64,000 nt of DNA from Candidatus Anstonellales archaeon (GTDB lineage Archaea; Micrarchaeota; Micrarchaeia; Anstonellales; J096): positions 227,836 through 291,835 of the forward strand of contig JAWAFI010000001.1 in assembly GCA_038890615.1 (NCBI GenBank), read 5' to 3'. Below are positions 18,253-28,556 of the stretch, one piece after another (positions within the stretch are counted from its first letter, which is position 1; every line of letters starts with the position of its first letter). The notes below the pieces were generated by a model, which made no database searches, was not told the origin of the DNA, and saw only the letters and a list, made by a program, of their open reading frames with translations. A program made the translations under genes and the position numbers.

Positions 18253-18963
18253 TCAGAACAGGCTAATATCTGCATTGCTTCCTTTGGATTGGCTCTTTTC
18301 TGCCTCATCAAGCTGCTTGCTGACCAAAACTGCAGCCCCTCCTTTTATGGCTAAAAACTTTAATTCCTCCTCTATTTTCATTAGCAACTCTATTTTCTTT
18401 TCCCTTGCAATAATGCCCCTTTTTGAGAACTCATCTATAACATCAATGGAGAACCTGATTGTCTTGTCAATCACTTCAGCAATCCTTTCTGGCTCATCCT
18501 CCTCTTTCTTTAGTATTGAGAGAACCCTTATCCTTTTCATTGCGTATTCAATTGCCAACTCAGGGCTTTCAGTATAGAAATGAAGGTGCATGATCCTTTT
18601 GTATATTTTCTGCTCCTTTCCCTTGTCCTCCATCTCAGCGCTTTCCTGCGCAAGTGAATTAAATTTGGAAACAAGGTCTATGAACCATTTCTGCTCCCTT
18701 ATGGCTTTTGCCTCCTTTGAGTATACCTCCATCGAGCCCTTGTCCACGCTGCACCTTTGCTTAAGCTCGCTCAGCTTCATGCAGATCCTTTTGCCCAGCT
18801 CTATGTAGTCTATTGACTTGCCCACAAGCTTGGAAAGATTCTTGAAAAGAAGGAAAACCTCTTCTTCAATCAGGCCAGCCCTGCCTTCTTGGATGCCTTC
18901 ATGGCGCTCATCCCTCTTGGGCTTGCTGCCCTTGAATATCATGCGCCTGAAGTTCATAAGCAT
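18253..18963 (-). CDS. Hypothetical alpha-helical protein
   Basis: 236-aa charged ORF with an upstream AT-rich promoter-like element. Confidence 0.55.
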   Translation of the reverse strand: MLMNFRRMIFKGSKPKRDERHEGIQEGRAGLIEEEVFLLFKNLSKLVGKSIDYIELGKRICMKLSELKQRCSVDKGSMEVYSKEAKAIREQKWFIDLVSKFNSLAQESAEMEDKGKEQKIYKRIMHLHFYTESPELAIEYAMKRIRVLSILKKEEDEPERIAEVIDKTIRFSIDVIDEFSKRGIIAREKKIELLMKIEEELKFLAIKGGAAVLVSKQLDEAEKSQSKGSNADISLF

Positions 18964-19001
18964 TATTCTGCAGGACCCTTTTATTAATTTTGCCTTAATA
19001 G

Positions 19002-22000
19002 CTACATAAACTCAGTTATGCCTTTCTGCTTCCTTTTTTCCTGCCCGAATATGCTTTCTGTAGCTGCCTTGAAAAGCTCGAGCCTTTCCTTGAGGTAGGG
19101 TGAAAGGCTATACTTATCAACCATCTCACTGGCTATCTCAAGGAACTTCAGCACCCCGCCTTTGCTCACAGTGAGGGCAATGCTCCCTCCGCACCTAGTG
19201 CACTTCCCTACAAGAGGCACCCTTCTGTAAATGGCATTGCACTTAACGCACCTGAAACCTTGCCTGCTGAACTTCCTGAGGTTTCCATACAAGTCAGGGA
19301 GGAAGTGGCTTGTGATAACCCTTTCGGCTGCATCTTGGAAATCAACAGCCCGCAGCTTGGAGTGTATCCTCATCTCTTCATCTATCTTTTCAGGCACAGA
19401 ATTGAAAAGCTTGTAAGTGCTCCTTACAGGACCTGCGTCTATTGTTGCCGTGTGATGGGTGTAGTCAAGAGGGCCGTACTGCTCCTCCTTCCCTATGATG
19501 TCCTTGACAGTCCTTACCTTGACCTCGCTTGGGCTCTTAAGCTCTGAAGCAGCCCTGTAGAACTCAGCTCCATACTCAGGCACTATTTCCATTGCATAAA
19601 CCTCATCGTCAACCTCTTCAGGGTCTATGATTGTGGTAAGCACTATTGGGGCGTCCATTGTGCCCCCCCTGCTCCTTCCAAGGAAGTGCTTGCTGAAGTT
19701 AAGGAGCGCGTCAAGGAGCAGCATAATGCTGTCCTCATCCCCATCGCAGTTCCTCCTTTTTGCTGTGTGGAAGTAAGGATGGCAGAATTGCACATCTGCC
19801 TTGGTAAAACCTATTACCCTGCCAACAACAGCAGCAGAGGTATGAGGGGAGAGGCCAAGGACAAGGTGCCCTACGAGATCCTCTTTTTTCTTTAGGTTGT
19901 AGAATGGCTTTTCTTTGTAGAGGTAAACTAGCAGCTCATCTATGAACTGGCTTACCCTCACAAAGTATTCCCCTGCCTTTTCAGGTATTATAACATCCTG
20001 CACTTTTAGGGGGAGCATCTGGGTGTCAAAAGAAAGCTCCTCGTTGTATATGTCTTTTGAGTAGCCAAGCTCCTTTAGCTTCTCAACAGGCGTCCCTATC
20101 TCAGCAGGCATAAACTGGGTGAGCGGGGCATTTATCATGTCATACCTTGCAGTACCGTCCTTGTTCACATATATGCCGTACTTCTCCCTGAGGAAACCTT
20201 TCTCAATGCGCTCTGCCTCTTTCTCCTTGCCTATGAGCCCCTGCACTCCAATAAGGGCTTTCGGGGAATAGCCAAGCCGCTTTGAGGCTGCCTCAAAAAG
20301 CTCCTTGAAGCCAACAACCTTCCTTATCCAAGGGGAGCATTCCTTTCCGCAATGGGCAGAAGACCTTACTTTTTTGTTGCAAACCTGGCAGATGTACATT
20401 CGCTCTGCCCTTGAGCCGCATAGACCGCAAAGCTTGTAGGGCTGGGAAGTGTTGCACCTGCTGCAGTAATAGATTGCAATCTCGACAGAGCTCTCGTAGC
20501 CAGATTTGCCTTCATAGACAAGGTTCAGGTTCCTCCTTGTGACGCCTGTGGGGTAAAGGACATGCGGCTTGCCGTTCATCATCCTGGGCTCTGCTTTTTC
20601 AGGCCTGCCCATCCTTGCGCCTATGAAAGTGCCTGCTCGATCCCTTATCTCAACCCCTGAAAGAAATGAGAGCGCTTGGAATATGTCCATTGAGCTTATT
20701 GCTTCCTTTGCCTTTTCTGCCTCTTCCTTTGACTTGCGAAGCATGCCAAGCGTGTAAAGGAGGGCGCACGAGTAATCCTCCTTGATGTAGAGCTGGCCAT
20801 CAACCTTTTTGAATTCGCAGCCAAGCTTAGCAAGCGTGTCTGAAAGGGCGCTGTTGAGTATGAGCACATCGCCTTTCTGGGGGGCGCCTACCAGCGAGTC
20901 AATAAGGGCAATAAGCTCATCCTTAGATACTTGGTTCCAGAACAGCAGGTATTTGGGGTGCAGAGGCACATTGTAGATCTTGGAGAACTCAAATGCATCT
21001 TCACAGCTCCCTATTGACTTTGCGCCTCCTTTTTCCTTGCATTCTGCGCTCCACCACTCCTCGCAGTAGCCTGCTGGCACCAGAGGATGGCCTGACTTCT
21101 GGAAATCTCCGTATGTTATAAGTATGTCCCCTAGGTAATAGACCTTTTCCACCTTGCCCTTTACTTCCATTGCCCTTTCAAGCGAATTCAGACGCTCAAC
21201 GCTTCCATCATTAAGCATTACTAAGGGCCCCTCTATGCTTGTGCATGAGGTAATTGTTGAGCTCTTGCCAGGCCTTTCAACTTTCATCTGCGTGCCATGG
21301 GCTATGAAGTCATCAAGTATGACCATTGTAGCGGGATGTATTGCCTTTGCCATTATGCCTGTTGTGCGCGCCCTTCCATACCTGAGCCTGAAGCCGCCGC
21401 TGGCCATTGGATAGGAGAAGATCGGCCTGCCTGCAACAAGGCCTTCAAGGTACTTAAAGCTCGGCTTTATCTCAGTCTTGCTCTCTTTGCTTGTCACTAC
21501 TTTTATTACCTTCTCCAGCCACTCCCAGTCAAGGTTGAACTTCCTTGCGTATTTCAGCACCTTCATTGCCTTCTGCGCAATGCCTTCGCATGAAACAAGC
21601 GCAACCCCACCCCTGACTTTGTTTGTATTCACCCTTTCCAGGTTCCTGTAGGCGCTTACCTCAAAGTCCTCTGTGGGGTGGCCATTTATGCATATCGGGC
21701 AGTTCCTGAATATGTGCCTTATATCATCATCAGAGGGCTTGTACTGGAGCTTGGCAGCCCTTGCATCGTAGAGGTTAACCTCCTCAACATAGCGCTCAAT
21801 CTCATTTTCCATTGGGGAGTAGCGCCCGATCCCAAGCTTCTGCCTGGCATAGTCAGCAAGCAGCACTGTCATTGCAACAGCAGTGCCCCCTGCCCCCCTT
21901 ATCGGGCCTGCATAATAGATGGAGACATAATTGCTCCCTTTCCATTCTTCAATTTTCACTTCAACGATCCCCTCTGTTGGGGCAACAACAACACCTTCTG

Positions 22001-22316
22001 TAATCACTGCAGTGCCTGTCCTGACTGCCATCTCTACCTTCTGCTGCTGGCTGAAATCCCCAAATTCTCCGCTGCATATCATTTCAGCAAGCTTAAAGGC
22101 AATCTCCTCCCTGCCAAGGCCCTGCGCCTCAAGCTCCCTTATGCGCGCAGCCACCCCTTTTGGGCCAACTATTGCCTCCACCCTTCCTGCCATGTCCTTT
22201 GCAACCTCTATCTCCACCTTGTCCTCAGGGTCATATCCCAGCGACCGTGCCCTTGCTGCTATGGAGAAGCATTCGCTTATGCCTTTCATTATGCTCTCGC
22301 TGTATTCAGCTGTCAA
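19002..22316 (-). CDS. polC: DNA polymerase D large subunit DP2
   Basis: YYAGPIRGAGGT, GGFRLRYGR, RMGRPEKA, AKRRNCDGDED, C-terminal Zn fingers. Confidence 0.97.
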   Translation of the reverse strand: MTAEYSESIMKGISECFSIAARARSLGYDPEDKVEIEVAKDMAGRVEAIVGPKGVAARIRELEAQGLGREEIAFKLAEMICSGEFGDFSQQQKVEMAVRTGTAVITEGVVVAPTEGIVEVKIEEWKGSNYVSIYYAGPIRGAGGTAVAMTVLLADYARQKLGIGRYSPMENEIERYVEEVNLYDARAAKLQYKPSDDDIRHIFRNCPICINGHPTEDFEVSAYRNLERVNTNKVRGGVALVSCEGIAQKAMKVLKYARKFNLDWEWLEKVIKVVTSKESKTEIKPSFKYLEGLVAGRPIFSYPMASGGFRLRYGRARTTGIMAKAIHPATMVILDDFIAHGTQMKVERPGKSSTITSCTSIEGPLVMLNDGSVERLNSLERAMEVKGKVEKVYYLGDILITYGDFQKSGHPLVPAGYCEEWWSAECKEKGGAKSIGSCEDAFEFSKIYNVPLHPKYLLFWNQVSKDELIALIDSLVGAPQKGDVLILNSALSDTLAKLGCEFKKVDGQLYIKEDYSCALLYTLGMLRKSKEEAEKAKEAISSMDIFQALSFLSGVEIRDRAGTFIGARMGRPEKAEPRMMNGKPHVLYPTGVTRRNLNLVYEGKSGYESSVEIAIYYCSRCNTSQPYKLCGLCGSRAERMYICQVCNKKVRSSAHCGKECSPWIRKVVGFKELFEAASKRLGYSPKALIGVQGLIGKEKEAERIEKGFLREKYGIYVNKDGTARYDMINAPLTQFMPAEIGTPVEKLKELGYSKDIYNEELSFDTQMLPLKVQDVIIPEKAGEYFVRVSQFIDELLVYLYKEKPFYNLKKKEDLVGHLVLGLSPHTSAAVVGRVIGFTKADVQFCHPYFHTAKRRNCDGDEDSIMLLLDALLNFSKHFLGRSRGGTMDAPIVLTTIIDPEEVDDEVYAMEIVPEYGAEFYRAASELKSPSEVKVRTVKDIIGKEEQYGPLDYTHHTATIDAGPVRSTYKLFNSVPEKIDEEMRIHSKLRAVDFQDAAERVITSHFLPDLYGNLRKFSRQGFRCVKCNAIYRRVPLVGKCTRCGGSIALTVSKGGVLKFLEIASEMVDKYSLSPYLKERLELFKAATESIFGQEKRKQKGITEFM

Positions 22317-23724
22317 ACCTAACCACCTTTAGCTCATTGTACTTGAGCTCATTGATGTAAACAATCCCTGGCGTTGGCACGTGGCCCATCTTTATCTGGA
22401 AATCTGTTATTCCTTGGAAGGTGCCTGAGTTGATTACCCTTGTGCCCCTGTACTCAGCGCTTGCGTTCCTGTGCACGTGGCCTGCATGGAATATGTCTGG
22501 CTCATCTTCTATAACCAAGTAATCCACAGGATTTGGGTAGATAGGGTTAGTGCCATAGATGGGGCTGAGGTGCCTGTGCTTAAGCATCTCAACCATAACC
22601 CCTTCTGGATGCATATAAGTCATGTTAGGCATTGCAGCGATAACAGAGTCCATCCCTGTGCCGTGGTAGAGAAGGTGCTTGAACCCATCAATAGATACAA
22701 ACGAGGGGTTGCCCACTGCTACCACCCTGCTGTCAACATAATCCTTTAGCGATTCCTGAGGCTCCGCCCTTCTTCCTGCATCGTGGTTGCCAGGTAGCAC
22801 TATTACTTCTATGTAATCAGGGATTGCCTCAATGAAGCTGTTGAACATCCCATACTGCCCCTCTATTGTCTTGACAGAAAGCTCCTTCTCCTGCTCAGGG
22901 TAGATCCCAACGCCATCAACAACATCACCTGCAACCACAATATACTTCACCTTTTCTGCAAGCTCTTTCTTCTCTCCCTGCAGGTTGAGCCACCTTGTAA
23001 ACCTGTCAAAATAAGAGCTTAGGAACTGGCTGCTCCCAAAATGTATGTCAGATATGTAAGCAACAGCAAGGTCCCTTTCCCCAAGCTTCTTCTCCTTTAT
23101 GCGCAAGTCGGGAAGCCATATGTCCTCTACTATCAGGAACTCCTTTTTCACAGAAACTTCAAGGGCCACTACGTCATCAACAACAATGTTTTGGAGCTTC
23201 TTGGCAACCTCGTCCCTTGATGGGACTATAGCTATGAAAGAGGAGGTTTGATCCTCAACAACAAGCATCGTGTTCCCTTTTTTTGTGGGCCGGATGTCTG
23301 TAATCATCACTATTACAGTGGCATTGCCTGAGCCTGCCTTCTTTGCATCCTCAAGGCTCATCTCCTCGTATTTCTTGGTCTTGCCCCGCAGCAGCCTTGC
23401 CAGCCTTTCGTACCTGTTCCTAAACATACCCACAAAATCCTCAACCTCGCCCCTTCCTGTGTTCTTTCCAGTTACATCAAACTGGTCGTGCCTCTGTATT
23501 TCAGCATCATACTCAGCAGCAATAGGCCTTTTTTCAGAGCGCTCTACCACTTCCACCTTTGGGAGCTTTGAGCCCTCTATGGCGCGCAGCGCGTCTTCCT
23601 TGGAGATGATGTCCTTGTGAAGCTCGAGCAGCCTTTCAATTATGTCTGCTGGGGCTCCGTTTATGAGTTCTTCTGCATCTAGCTCTACGCGTACCCCTTT
23701 TTCAAGAAGGCGGCTTACGTTCAT
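22306..23724 (-). CDS. polB: DNA polymerase D small subunit DP1 (3'-5' exonuclease)
   Basis: OB fold; ISDIHFGS, AGDVVDG, PGNHD, HAGHVH, NSGTFQ. Confidence 0.95.
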   Translation of the reverse strand: MNVSRLLEKGVRVELDAEELINGAPADIIERLLELHKDIISKEDALRAIEGSKLPKVEVVERSEKRPIAAEYDAEIQRHDQFDVTGKNTGRGEVEDFVGMFRNRYERLARLLRGKTKKYEEMSLEDAKKAGSGNATVIVMITDIRPTKKGNTMLVVEDQTSSFIAIVPSRDEVAKKLQNIVVDDVVALEVSVKKEFLIVEDIWLPDLRIKEKKLGERDLAVAYISDIHFGSSQFLSSYFDRFTRWLNLQGEKKELAEKVKYIVVAGDVVDGVGIYPEQEKELSVKTIEGQYGMFNSFIEAIPDYIEVIVLPGNHDAGRRAEPQESLKDYVDSRVVAVGNPSFVSIDGFKHLLYHGTGMDSVIAAMPNMTYMHPEGVMVEMLKHRHLSPIYGTNPIYPNPVDYLVIEDEPDIFHAGHVHRNASAEYRGTRVINSGTFQGITDFQIKMGHVPTPGIVYINELKYNELKVVRFDS

Positions 23725-23978
23725 TTAACCGTTTCAAGCATGCTTATTATGTTCCAAATCTGGGTCCTTGTATGCACAGGAATGTTTGGCTCATTGCTAA
23801 GCGGCTCTATTATGTAAAGGGCAGCGCTTGCCCTTACATCATCACTTCCATCGCCTGACTCAAGCTTCTGCCTTGCCTCTGCCATTGCCTTCTTTATGTT
23901 CTTAGGGACAAGCGGGTCATCTTCAACCATCTTTATCATTGCAATTATATTATCAAGCGTCATTAGGTTCACCTCCAA
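23721..23978 (-). CDS. UPF0147 family protein
   Basis: DPLVPKNIKK...EPNIPVHTRTQIWNIISMLE. Confidence 0.9.
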   Translation of the reverse strand: MEVNLMTLDNIIAMIKMVEDDPLVPKNIKKAMAEARQKLESGDGSDDVRASAALYIIEPLSNEPNIPVHTRTQIWNIISMLETVK

Positions 23979-24055
23979 GAACCAGCAATTTTATAGAGCA
24001 CGCTTATTTTTAAAGGTTAGCTGGAACAAGGCAAAATACTGAGTCAAAGAATGGC

Positions 24056-26188
24056 CTATAAAAGCTTGAGCTTGCACTCTTCAAGGAAGCCAAAGAATTC
24101 TTCTTGGCTTGCAAATTGTTTAATAGCTTTTTCGCCTGAATCAATTATAGAAACACCAGTGCCGGACAGAACAACCGACACCTTCTTTTTCTCCTCTGGC
24201 AAAATGAAATTGAGTTCAATGGATTTTTCCTTGCAGTTGACCACTGCCTCATCAAGGAAATAAAGCTTTTTGTCAAGGAACCTTATCCGCTTTCCGACAT
24301 TGGAGAAAATGAATTCAACAACCGGATTGATTTCACCAAGCTGAGCTTCCACCTCAAGGCCAATCTCTGCGCTTTCCTTTTTTGTAGAAGCGAGCGAAAA
24401 GCAGCCGTTCCTAAGCAAAAGCTCTGTTGTTTTGGAAGTCTTTTTGGAAGGAGTTTCTACAAACACGCTTATGCTTGAAGCGCTTATTTTTATGGTGCTT
24501 GCCTTCCTGCTTTTCTCGCCTTTCCCTTTCATCTTGAGCAAAATGGGCTTTTCTTCCATAAGCCCAGAAACAATCCTTTGGTCAATGTAGAGCTCAAAGC
24601 CCTTCACGTACATTGGGGCTCCAGCCCTTCTGGCATCAATAACATCTAGGAGGCCGACCTCTTCCTTTGGGCTCTCTGGGATGGCAGTTGCCCACCAATC
24701 CTTGCCTTCCTTGTAAATAGAATAAATGTTCCCATTGCCAACTGCCTTGAAAGCCCTTCTCCTGCTTCCTATCTCAATTTCTCTAACCTGCACCAGCGCA
24801 CTTTCCCCCAAGAATTCAATCCTGCACTTGTTCCCCAAGAATTCTGGGCTTATTGAAAGCTCCTTTTTGGCTTTCTTTTTTTCAGCAAGCTCCTTCTGGG
24901 CTATTGACATGCCTTCCACTTCATAGGAGTTTTGGTCATTGTCTTTTGCTGATGCAGTAAAAACCCATTCCCTTACTCCTCTCCTCTTCAAAGAAAGCAG
25001 AACCTCAAGCTTGCCTTCATTTGTGGAAACATTAAAGGCCAAGCGCGTGCCTTCATCTTCGCTGTAAGTGCCTGAAACCTTCTTCACAACCCCTGAAAAT
25101 TGAATAACATTTTGTGCCATTACCTTCTCTTCTTCCAACATCCTCTTCAAGGCTTCTTCATCAATGGGCCCTTTCTTGGGCTTGGATGAAACCTTTCTGC
25201 AATGAAGCGTGATCTCTGAGTTGACTGGATTCACTATGAAATCAAGAGGCAATGAGAAAGTGCCGGCCCTTTCAGGGGCGCCTTCGCTTATCAGAATTGC
25301 TTCTGGGGTTGCCCTTCCCTCCACGAGGATCTCAAGGCTAGGGGTTGGCTTTTGGGTTGGCAGTTCCTCTATTGGCCCTTGCTTCTTTGGCTCAGGGAGC
25401 ATTGGAATCTCCTTTGCCCTTTCGTATTGCACGAGTGGTAAAAGCTGTGGGAATTTTACAGAGAGAGTTGGCGGCTTTTGCCACACAGCCAAAGAGCAGC
25501 GCTCCAATTGCGAGGGCTGCAAAGGTATTGCAAAGTCAGAAGGAGGCAATATAGTTGGCTTTGGCATTGGCGCCTTCCTTATAACTGCCAGCGAGCATTC
25601 TGCCTTTTGAGAAGGAATTAGGACAACAAACTCATCGCCGTAAAGCGCTTGTGAGGTTATTCCCAAACCTTCCTGCCTGAACTCAATGTTGAATAGGCCT
25701 TTCCTTTCGCTTTGCATTCCCTGCTTAAGCTCGTGCTCTTCTCTTTTTTTCTCATAAATGTTGATCGCAAAGATGCTGAAAGCAGAGCCCATGAATGCAT
25801 ATGCAGCAAGCATCATTGGGGAAAGAAGCGTTAGTGGAGCAGGGGCAAAGAAAATTGCTGCCAATGAGAGGTTCCTTACAATCCTCATCCATTCCTTAAA
25901 GGCCGACTTTAGCGGCTTTTTTGAAAAATACCTTTCTGCCCTTAGCCCTGCGCTTATCAATGCAGAGCCCCCTAATACCTCATTTGCCAATGGGGTAAAA
26001 ACAGGTGCGCCTTTGGCAAGGCCAACTGTTGCATCATAAATCAATGAGCCAGCTATCAAAGGGATGAGCAAATTCTTTGCTGGCCTGTTAACCCTGAGCA
26101 GTCCTTCGCTGTCCCTCTCAAGCAGCTTAAACCTCTTCGGCTTCTTGGCTGAGCCAGCAGGCTTTTGATGCACTGCTTCTTTCTGCAT
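24056..26188 (-). CDS. Large hypothetical membrane protein with a Pro-rich linker
   Basis: 710-aa ORF; N-terminal TMs, Pro-rich segment, beta-rich C-terminus. Confidence 0.6.
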   Translation of the reverse strand: MQKEAVHQKPAGSAKKPKRFKLLERDSEGLLRVNRPAKNLLIPLIAGSLIYDATVGLAKGAPVFTPLANEVLGGSALISAGLRAERYFSKKPLKSAFKEWMRIVRNLSLAAIFFAPAPLTLLSPMMLAAYAFMGSAFSIFAINIYEKKREEHELKQGMQSERKGLFNIEFRQEGLGITSQALYGDEFVVLIPSQKAECSLAVIRKAPMPKPTILPPSDFAIPLQPSQLERCSLAVWQKPPTLSVKFPQLLPLVQYERAKEIPMLPEPKKQGPIEELPTQKPTPSLEILVEGRATPEAILISEGAPERAGTFSLPLDFIVNPVNSEITLHCRKVSSKPKKGPIDEEALKRMLEEEKVMAQNVIQFSGVVKKVSGTYSEDEGTRLAFNVSTNEGKLEVLLSLKRRGVREWVFTASAKDNDQNSYEVEGMSIAQKELAEKKKAKKELSISPEFLGNKCRIEFLGESALVQVREIEIGSRRRAFKAVGNGNIYSIYKEGKDWWATAIPESPKEEVGLLDVIDARRAGAPMYVKGFELYIDQRIVSGLMEEKPILLKMKGKGEKSRKASTIKISASSISVFVETPSKKTSKTTELLLRNGCFSLASTKKESAEIGLEVEAQLGEINPVVEFIFSNVGKRIRFLDKKLYFLDEAVVNCKEKSIELNFILPEEKKKVSVVLSGTGVSIIDSGEKAIKQFASQEEFFGFLEECKLKLL

Positions 26189-26219
26189 GTGAATTCTCCC
26201 CTTAGTGAATATTTAAACC

Positions 26220-26579
26220 TTACTCAAGGAAAATCATTCCATTCCTGTTGACTGCCCTTGAGGGCCGCTCAATGGATGAGAATGCGCAATTGGAAGAAAT
26301 TTTTTCCTGAGCCCTTCCATACACGAGGTTTCCGTCAACAACCTTTCCTCTTATTGAGAGCGAAACAGAGTTCCCATCGCCAGAGGAGCATACGAAGTTT
26401 ATTGCAGAGGAAATCTCACCTGCTTCCTGCTTGGCAATGCTTATCTCGCTTATCCGGTCCCCTGCATCCTTGAGGTAGCTTAGGGTTTCAATGGAAACTG
26501 CTAGCAAGGAAAGGGCAACAATGCCAACAAGCAGGAATTCGGCTGTAACCTGGGCTAGTCGCACCTGTTTTCTTTGCAT
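26220..26579 (-). CDS. Class III signal peptide (type IV pilin-like) protein
   Basis: RLA/QVTAEFLLVGIVAL; SSGDGNS. Confidence 0.7.
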   Translation of the reverse strand: MQRKQVRLAQVTAEFLLVGIVALSLLAVSIETLSYLKDAGDRISEISIAKQEAGEISSAINFVCSSGDGNSVSLSIRGKVVDGNLVYGRAQEKISSNCAFSSIERPSRAVNRNGMIFLE

Positions 26580-26812
26580 ATTCCTGATTGGCAGTCAGAA
26601 TTCTCTATGCAGTAGCCGCCTGGGCCAACTGCCAGCGAGCCCTCTGCCTTGTCAATTACCTTTTCAGTCATGTTTGAAACTTTGGCTCCTGTTTCCTTGG
26701 CGCTGCCTATAAGTTGGGTTGCAACTATTGCCACAACTGCCACAACCACCACTAGCACCAGAAGCATCTCAGCCGAAACCTGCCCTTTAGCGTATGTACG
26801 AGGTATCTTCAC
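26555..26812 (-). CDS. Class III signal peptide (type IV pilin-like) protein with a Cys-rich tip
   Basis: KG/QVSAEMLLVLVVVVAVVAIV; C-terminal CxxxxDCxxGxCxxxxC. GTG start inferred. Confidence 0.75.
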   Translation of the reverse strand: MKIPRTYAKGQVSAEMLLVLVVVVAVVAIVATQLIGSAKETGAKVSNMTEKVIDKAEGSLAVGPGGYCIENSDCQSGICKENRCD

Positions 26813-27530
26813 CACCAACCTGCTTTGTGCTATTAAGCTCTTCCTCAATTCTCTTTATTAGCTTTTCCTTCTCAACCGCCTCCTCCTCAAGTTTCTTGAG
26901 CGAAATGGGCATCCCTGTTGCCTTTATTATTACCTTCAAGACATTGATTGCTGCCTGGTCGTCTATGTAATTCCCATGGGTTTCGCCCATCAAGCATATC
27001 GCCTCAATCCTGCTGAAGCGCGCCAATGAAGGTATAAGCCCTGCAGCCCCAAGTATGGAGCCCTGCGCCTCCCCGAAAAGCACGCCAATCTTCTTGAACC
27101 TCTCAACAACCTTGCTTGAGTTTGCAGAGCCAAAAACCCTCCTTATCTCATGGTACTGGCCTGTGCTGTAGCCCCCTATTGTTATTATTTCCTTTATGCC
27201 AAGCTCTTTTGCAAAGCGGACTACCTTCTCTGCCAGCTTGTACTGGCCTGCATTGCTGATTGCCTGCGAATCTCCTGACATCACAACTACTGTCTTGCCA
27301 TTCCATGAGGCATAATGGAATTCAAGCCTTACAGGCCTCATAAGCCCGTTTGGAAGCATTATTACCTGCTGCGGGAGCGATGAGCTGTAGTAGCGGGCTA
27401 TCAATTTCATTTTCATCTCGCTTATCATGTAGCGTGCGCATACATGCCCCACTAGCCCTATTCCTGGGAGCCCTACTATCATTGTGCCCCCGTTTGCCTT
27501 GAACCCCCTCTTCTTGACTAGCTTTTCCAT
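26787..27530 (-). CDS. PAC2 family proteasome assembly chaperone
   Basis: GLPGIGLVG, ITIGGY, CLMGET; conserved position after nop10. Confidence 0.9.
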   Translation of the reverse strand: MEKLVKKRGFKANGGTMIVGLPGIGLVGHVCARYMISEMKMKLIARYYSSSLPQQVIMLPNGLMRPVRLEFHYASWNGKTVVVMSGDSQAISNAGQYKLAEKVVRFAKELGIKEIITIGGYSTGQYHEIRRVFGSANSSKVVERFKKIGVLFGEAQGSILGAAGLIPSLARFSRIEAICLMGETHGNYIDDQAAINVLKVIIKATGMPISLKKLEEEAVEKEKLIKRIEEELNSTKQVGGEDTSYIR

Positions 27531-27673
27531 ATTATCCCCCTTGACTTCAGTAGATATGACATCCTTTCAATGTTTTTAAATGGAGCTGGATGGGCAGAAG
27601 ATGTTTTTGATGAGCAGTGGATTTCTTTTAAGGTATATGAATTGCACAAGCGGCATTTCCTTAGCCTCATCAT
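27518..27673 (-). CDS. nop10: H/ACA RNP protein Nop10
   Basis: Not in the ORF track (51 aa): MMRLRKCRLCNSYTLKEIHCSSKTSSAHPAPF; synteny. Confidence 0.85.
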   Translation of the reverse strand: MMRLRKCRLCNSYTLKEIHCSSKTSSAHPAPFKNIERMSYLLKSRGIIWKS

Positions 27674-28398
27674 GATTGTAGCAGCCCGTGCTTTTTCATC
27701 AGTTCGCCTGCTTTCTTCAGCTTGTCTTCTGCATCCTTGTAATTTGCTGATTTGGCTATGAACATATACTTAGGAGCTCCCATATAGTGCACCTGGATTC
27801 CCAATGAGCCCTGAGCCTCTAGCAACGCCTTGACTATCCTCACCATGCCATCGCTTTCCTGGCTAGTGAGCTCAAATACCCTCCTAACCTCCACCTCAGG
27901 CTTCTTGAGCTTCCTTTGCATATAATCGAAAAGAACTGCCTTTGCCTTCTTTGATATCTTGAGCGTATCAAGGAGCTTCTGATTGGAGAGCGCCTTTTCA
28001 AGGAATTCTGCTGGGTTTCCGTGCTTTTGCTCTATCTGCCTGTAGAGCTCCTCTGGGCTTCCTTTTTCATTGGCAGCCTCAAAGGCCGCTTTTATTATCC
28101 CCAAGCACCTCTTCTCCTTCTTCAAGCTCTCCTTCTTTTTCCTCTTTTCATCTTCAGTAACATTCTTCAAGGAAAGGTCTATCTGCTTCTTGTCTGGGTT
28201 TACCCCTATAACCTTCACAACAAGCTGATCCCCTTCAGAGATGAACTCGTGTATGTTCTTAACCCATCCTGAAGAAACCTCAGATATGTGCATGAAGCCC
28301 TCTATATTGCTGTACTCAGGAAGCACGCAGAACGCGCCATAAGGAAGGATCTTCTTTACCTTTGCAATTACAATCTCGTCCTTTTCCGGAAGGCTCAT
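27670..28398 (-). CDS. eif2a: Translation initiation factor aIF2 alpha subunit
   Basis: S1 domain LPEKDEIVIAKV...GFMHISEVSSGWVKNI; YMGAPKY. Confidence 0.95.
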   Translation of the reverse strand: MSLPEKDEIVIAKVKKILPYGAFCVLPEYSNIEGFMHISEVSSGWVKNIHEFISEGDQLVVKVIGVNPDKKQIDLSLKNVTEDEKRKKKESLKKEKRCLGIIKAAFEAANEKGSPEELYRQIEQKHGNPAEFLEKALSNQKLLDTLKISKKAKAVLFDYMQRKLKKPEVEVRRVFELTSQESDGMVRIVKALLEAQGSLGIQVHYMGAPKYMFIAKSANYKDAEDKLKKAGELMKKHGLLQS

Positions 28399-28556
28399 CC
28401 AAGCTCCTCTACTATAGTGCCTATTATTGCAGCCCTGCCTCCTGTCGGGGCTGCCAGCGTTGCATTGCACCCTGAGCAGTTTATCTTGGTTGTTGTGTGT
28501 GTGAAAATTATCTGCACATTCCCGCACTTGCACTTGACCTTCACGAATTTGCTCAT
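28395..28556 (-). CDS. rps27e: 30S ribosomal protein S27e
   Basis: SKFVKVKCKCGN...CSGCNATLAAPTGGRA. Confidence 0.95.
   Translation of the reverse strand: MSKFVKVKCKCGNVQIIFTHTTTKINCSGCNATLAAPTGGRAAIIGTIVEELG

Noticed and set aside
19002..22316. Intein in PolD DP2
   Set aside because: The length (1104 aa) and continuous motifs around RRNCDGDED leave no room for an insertion, and no intein terminal motifs were seen.
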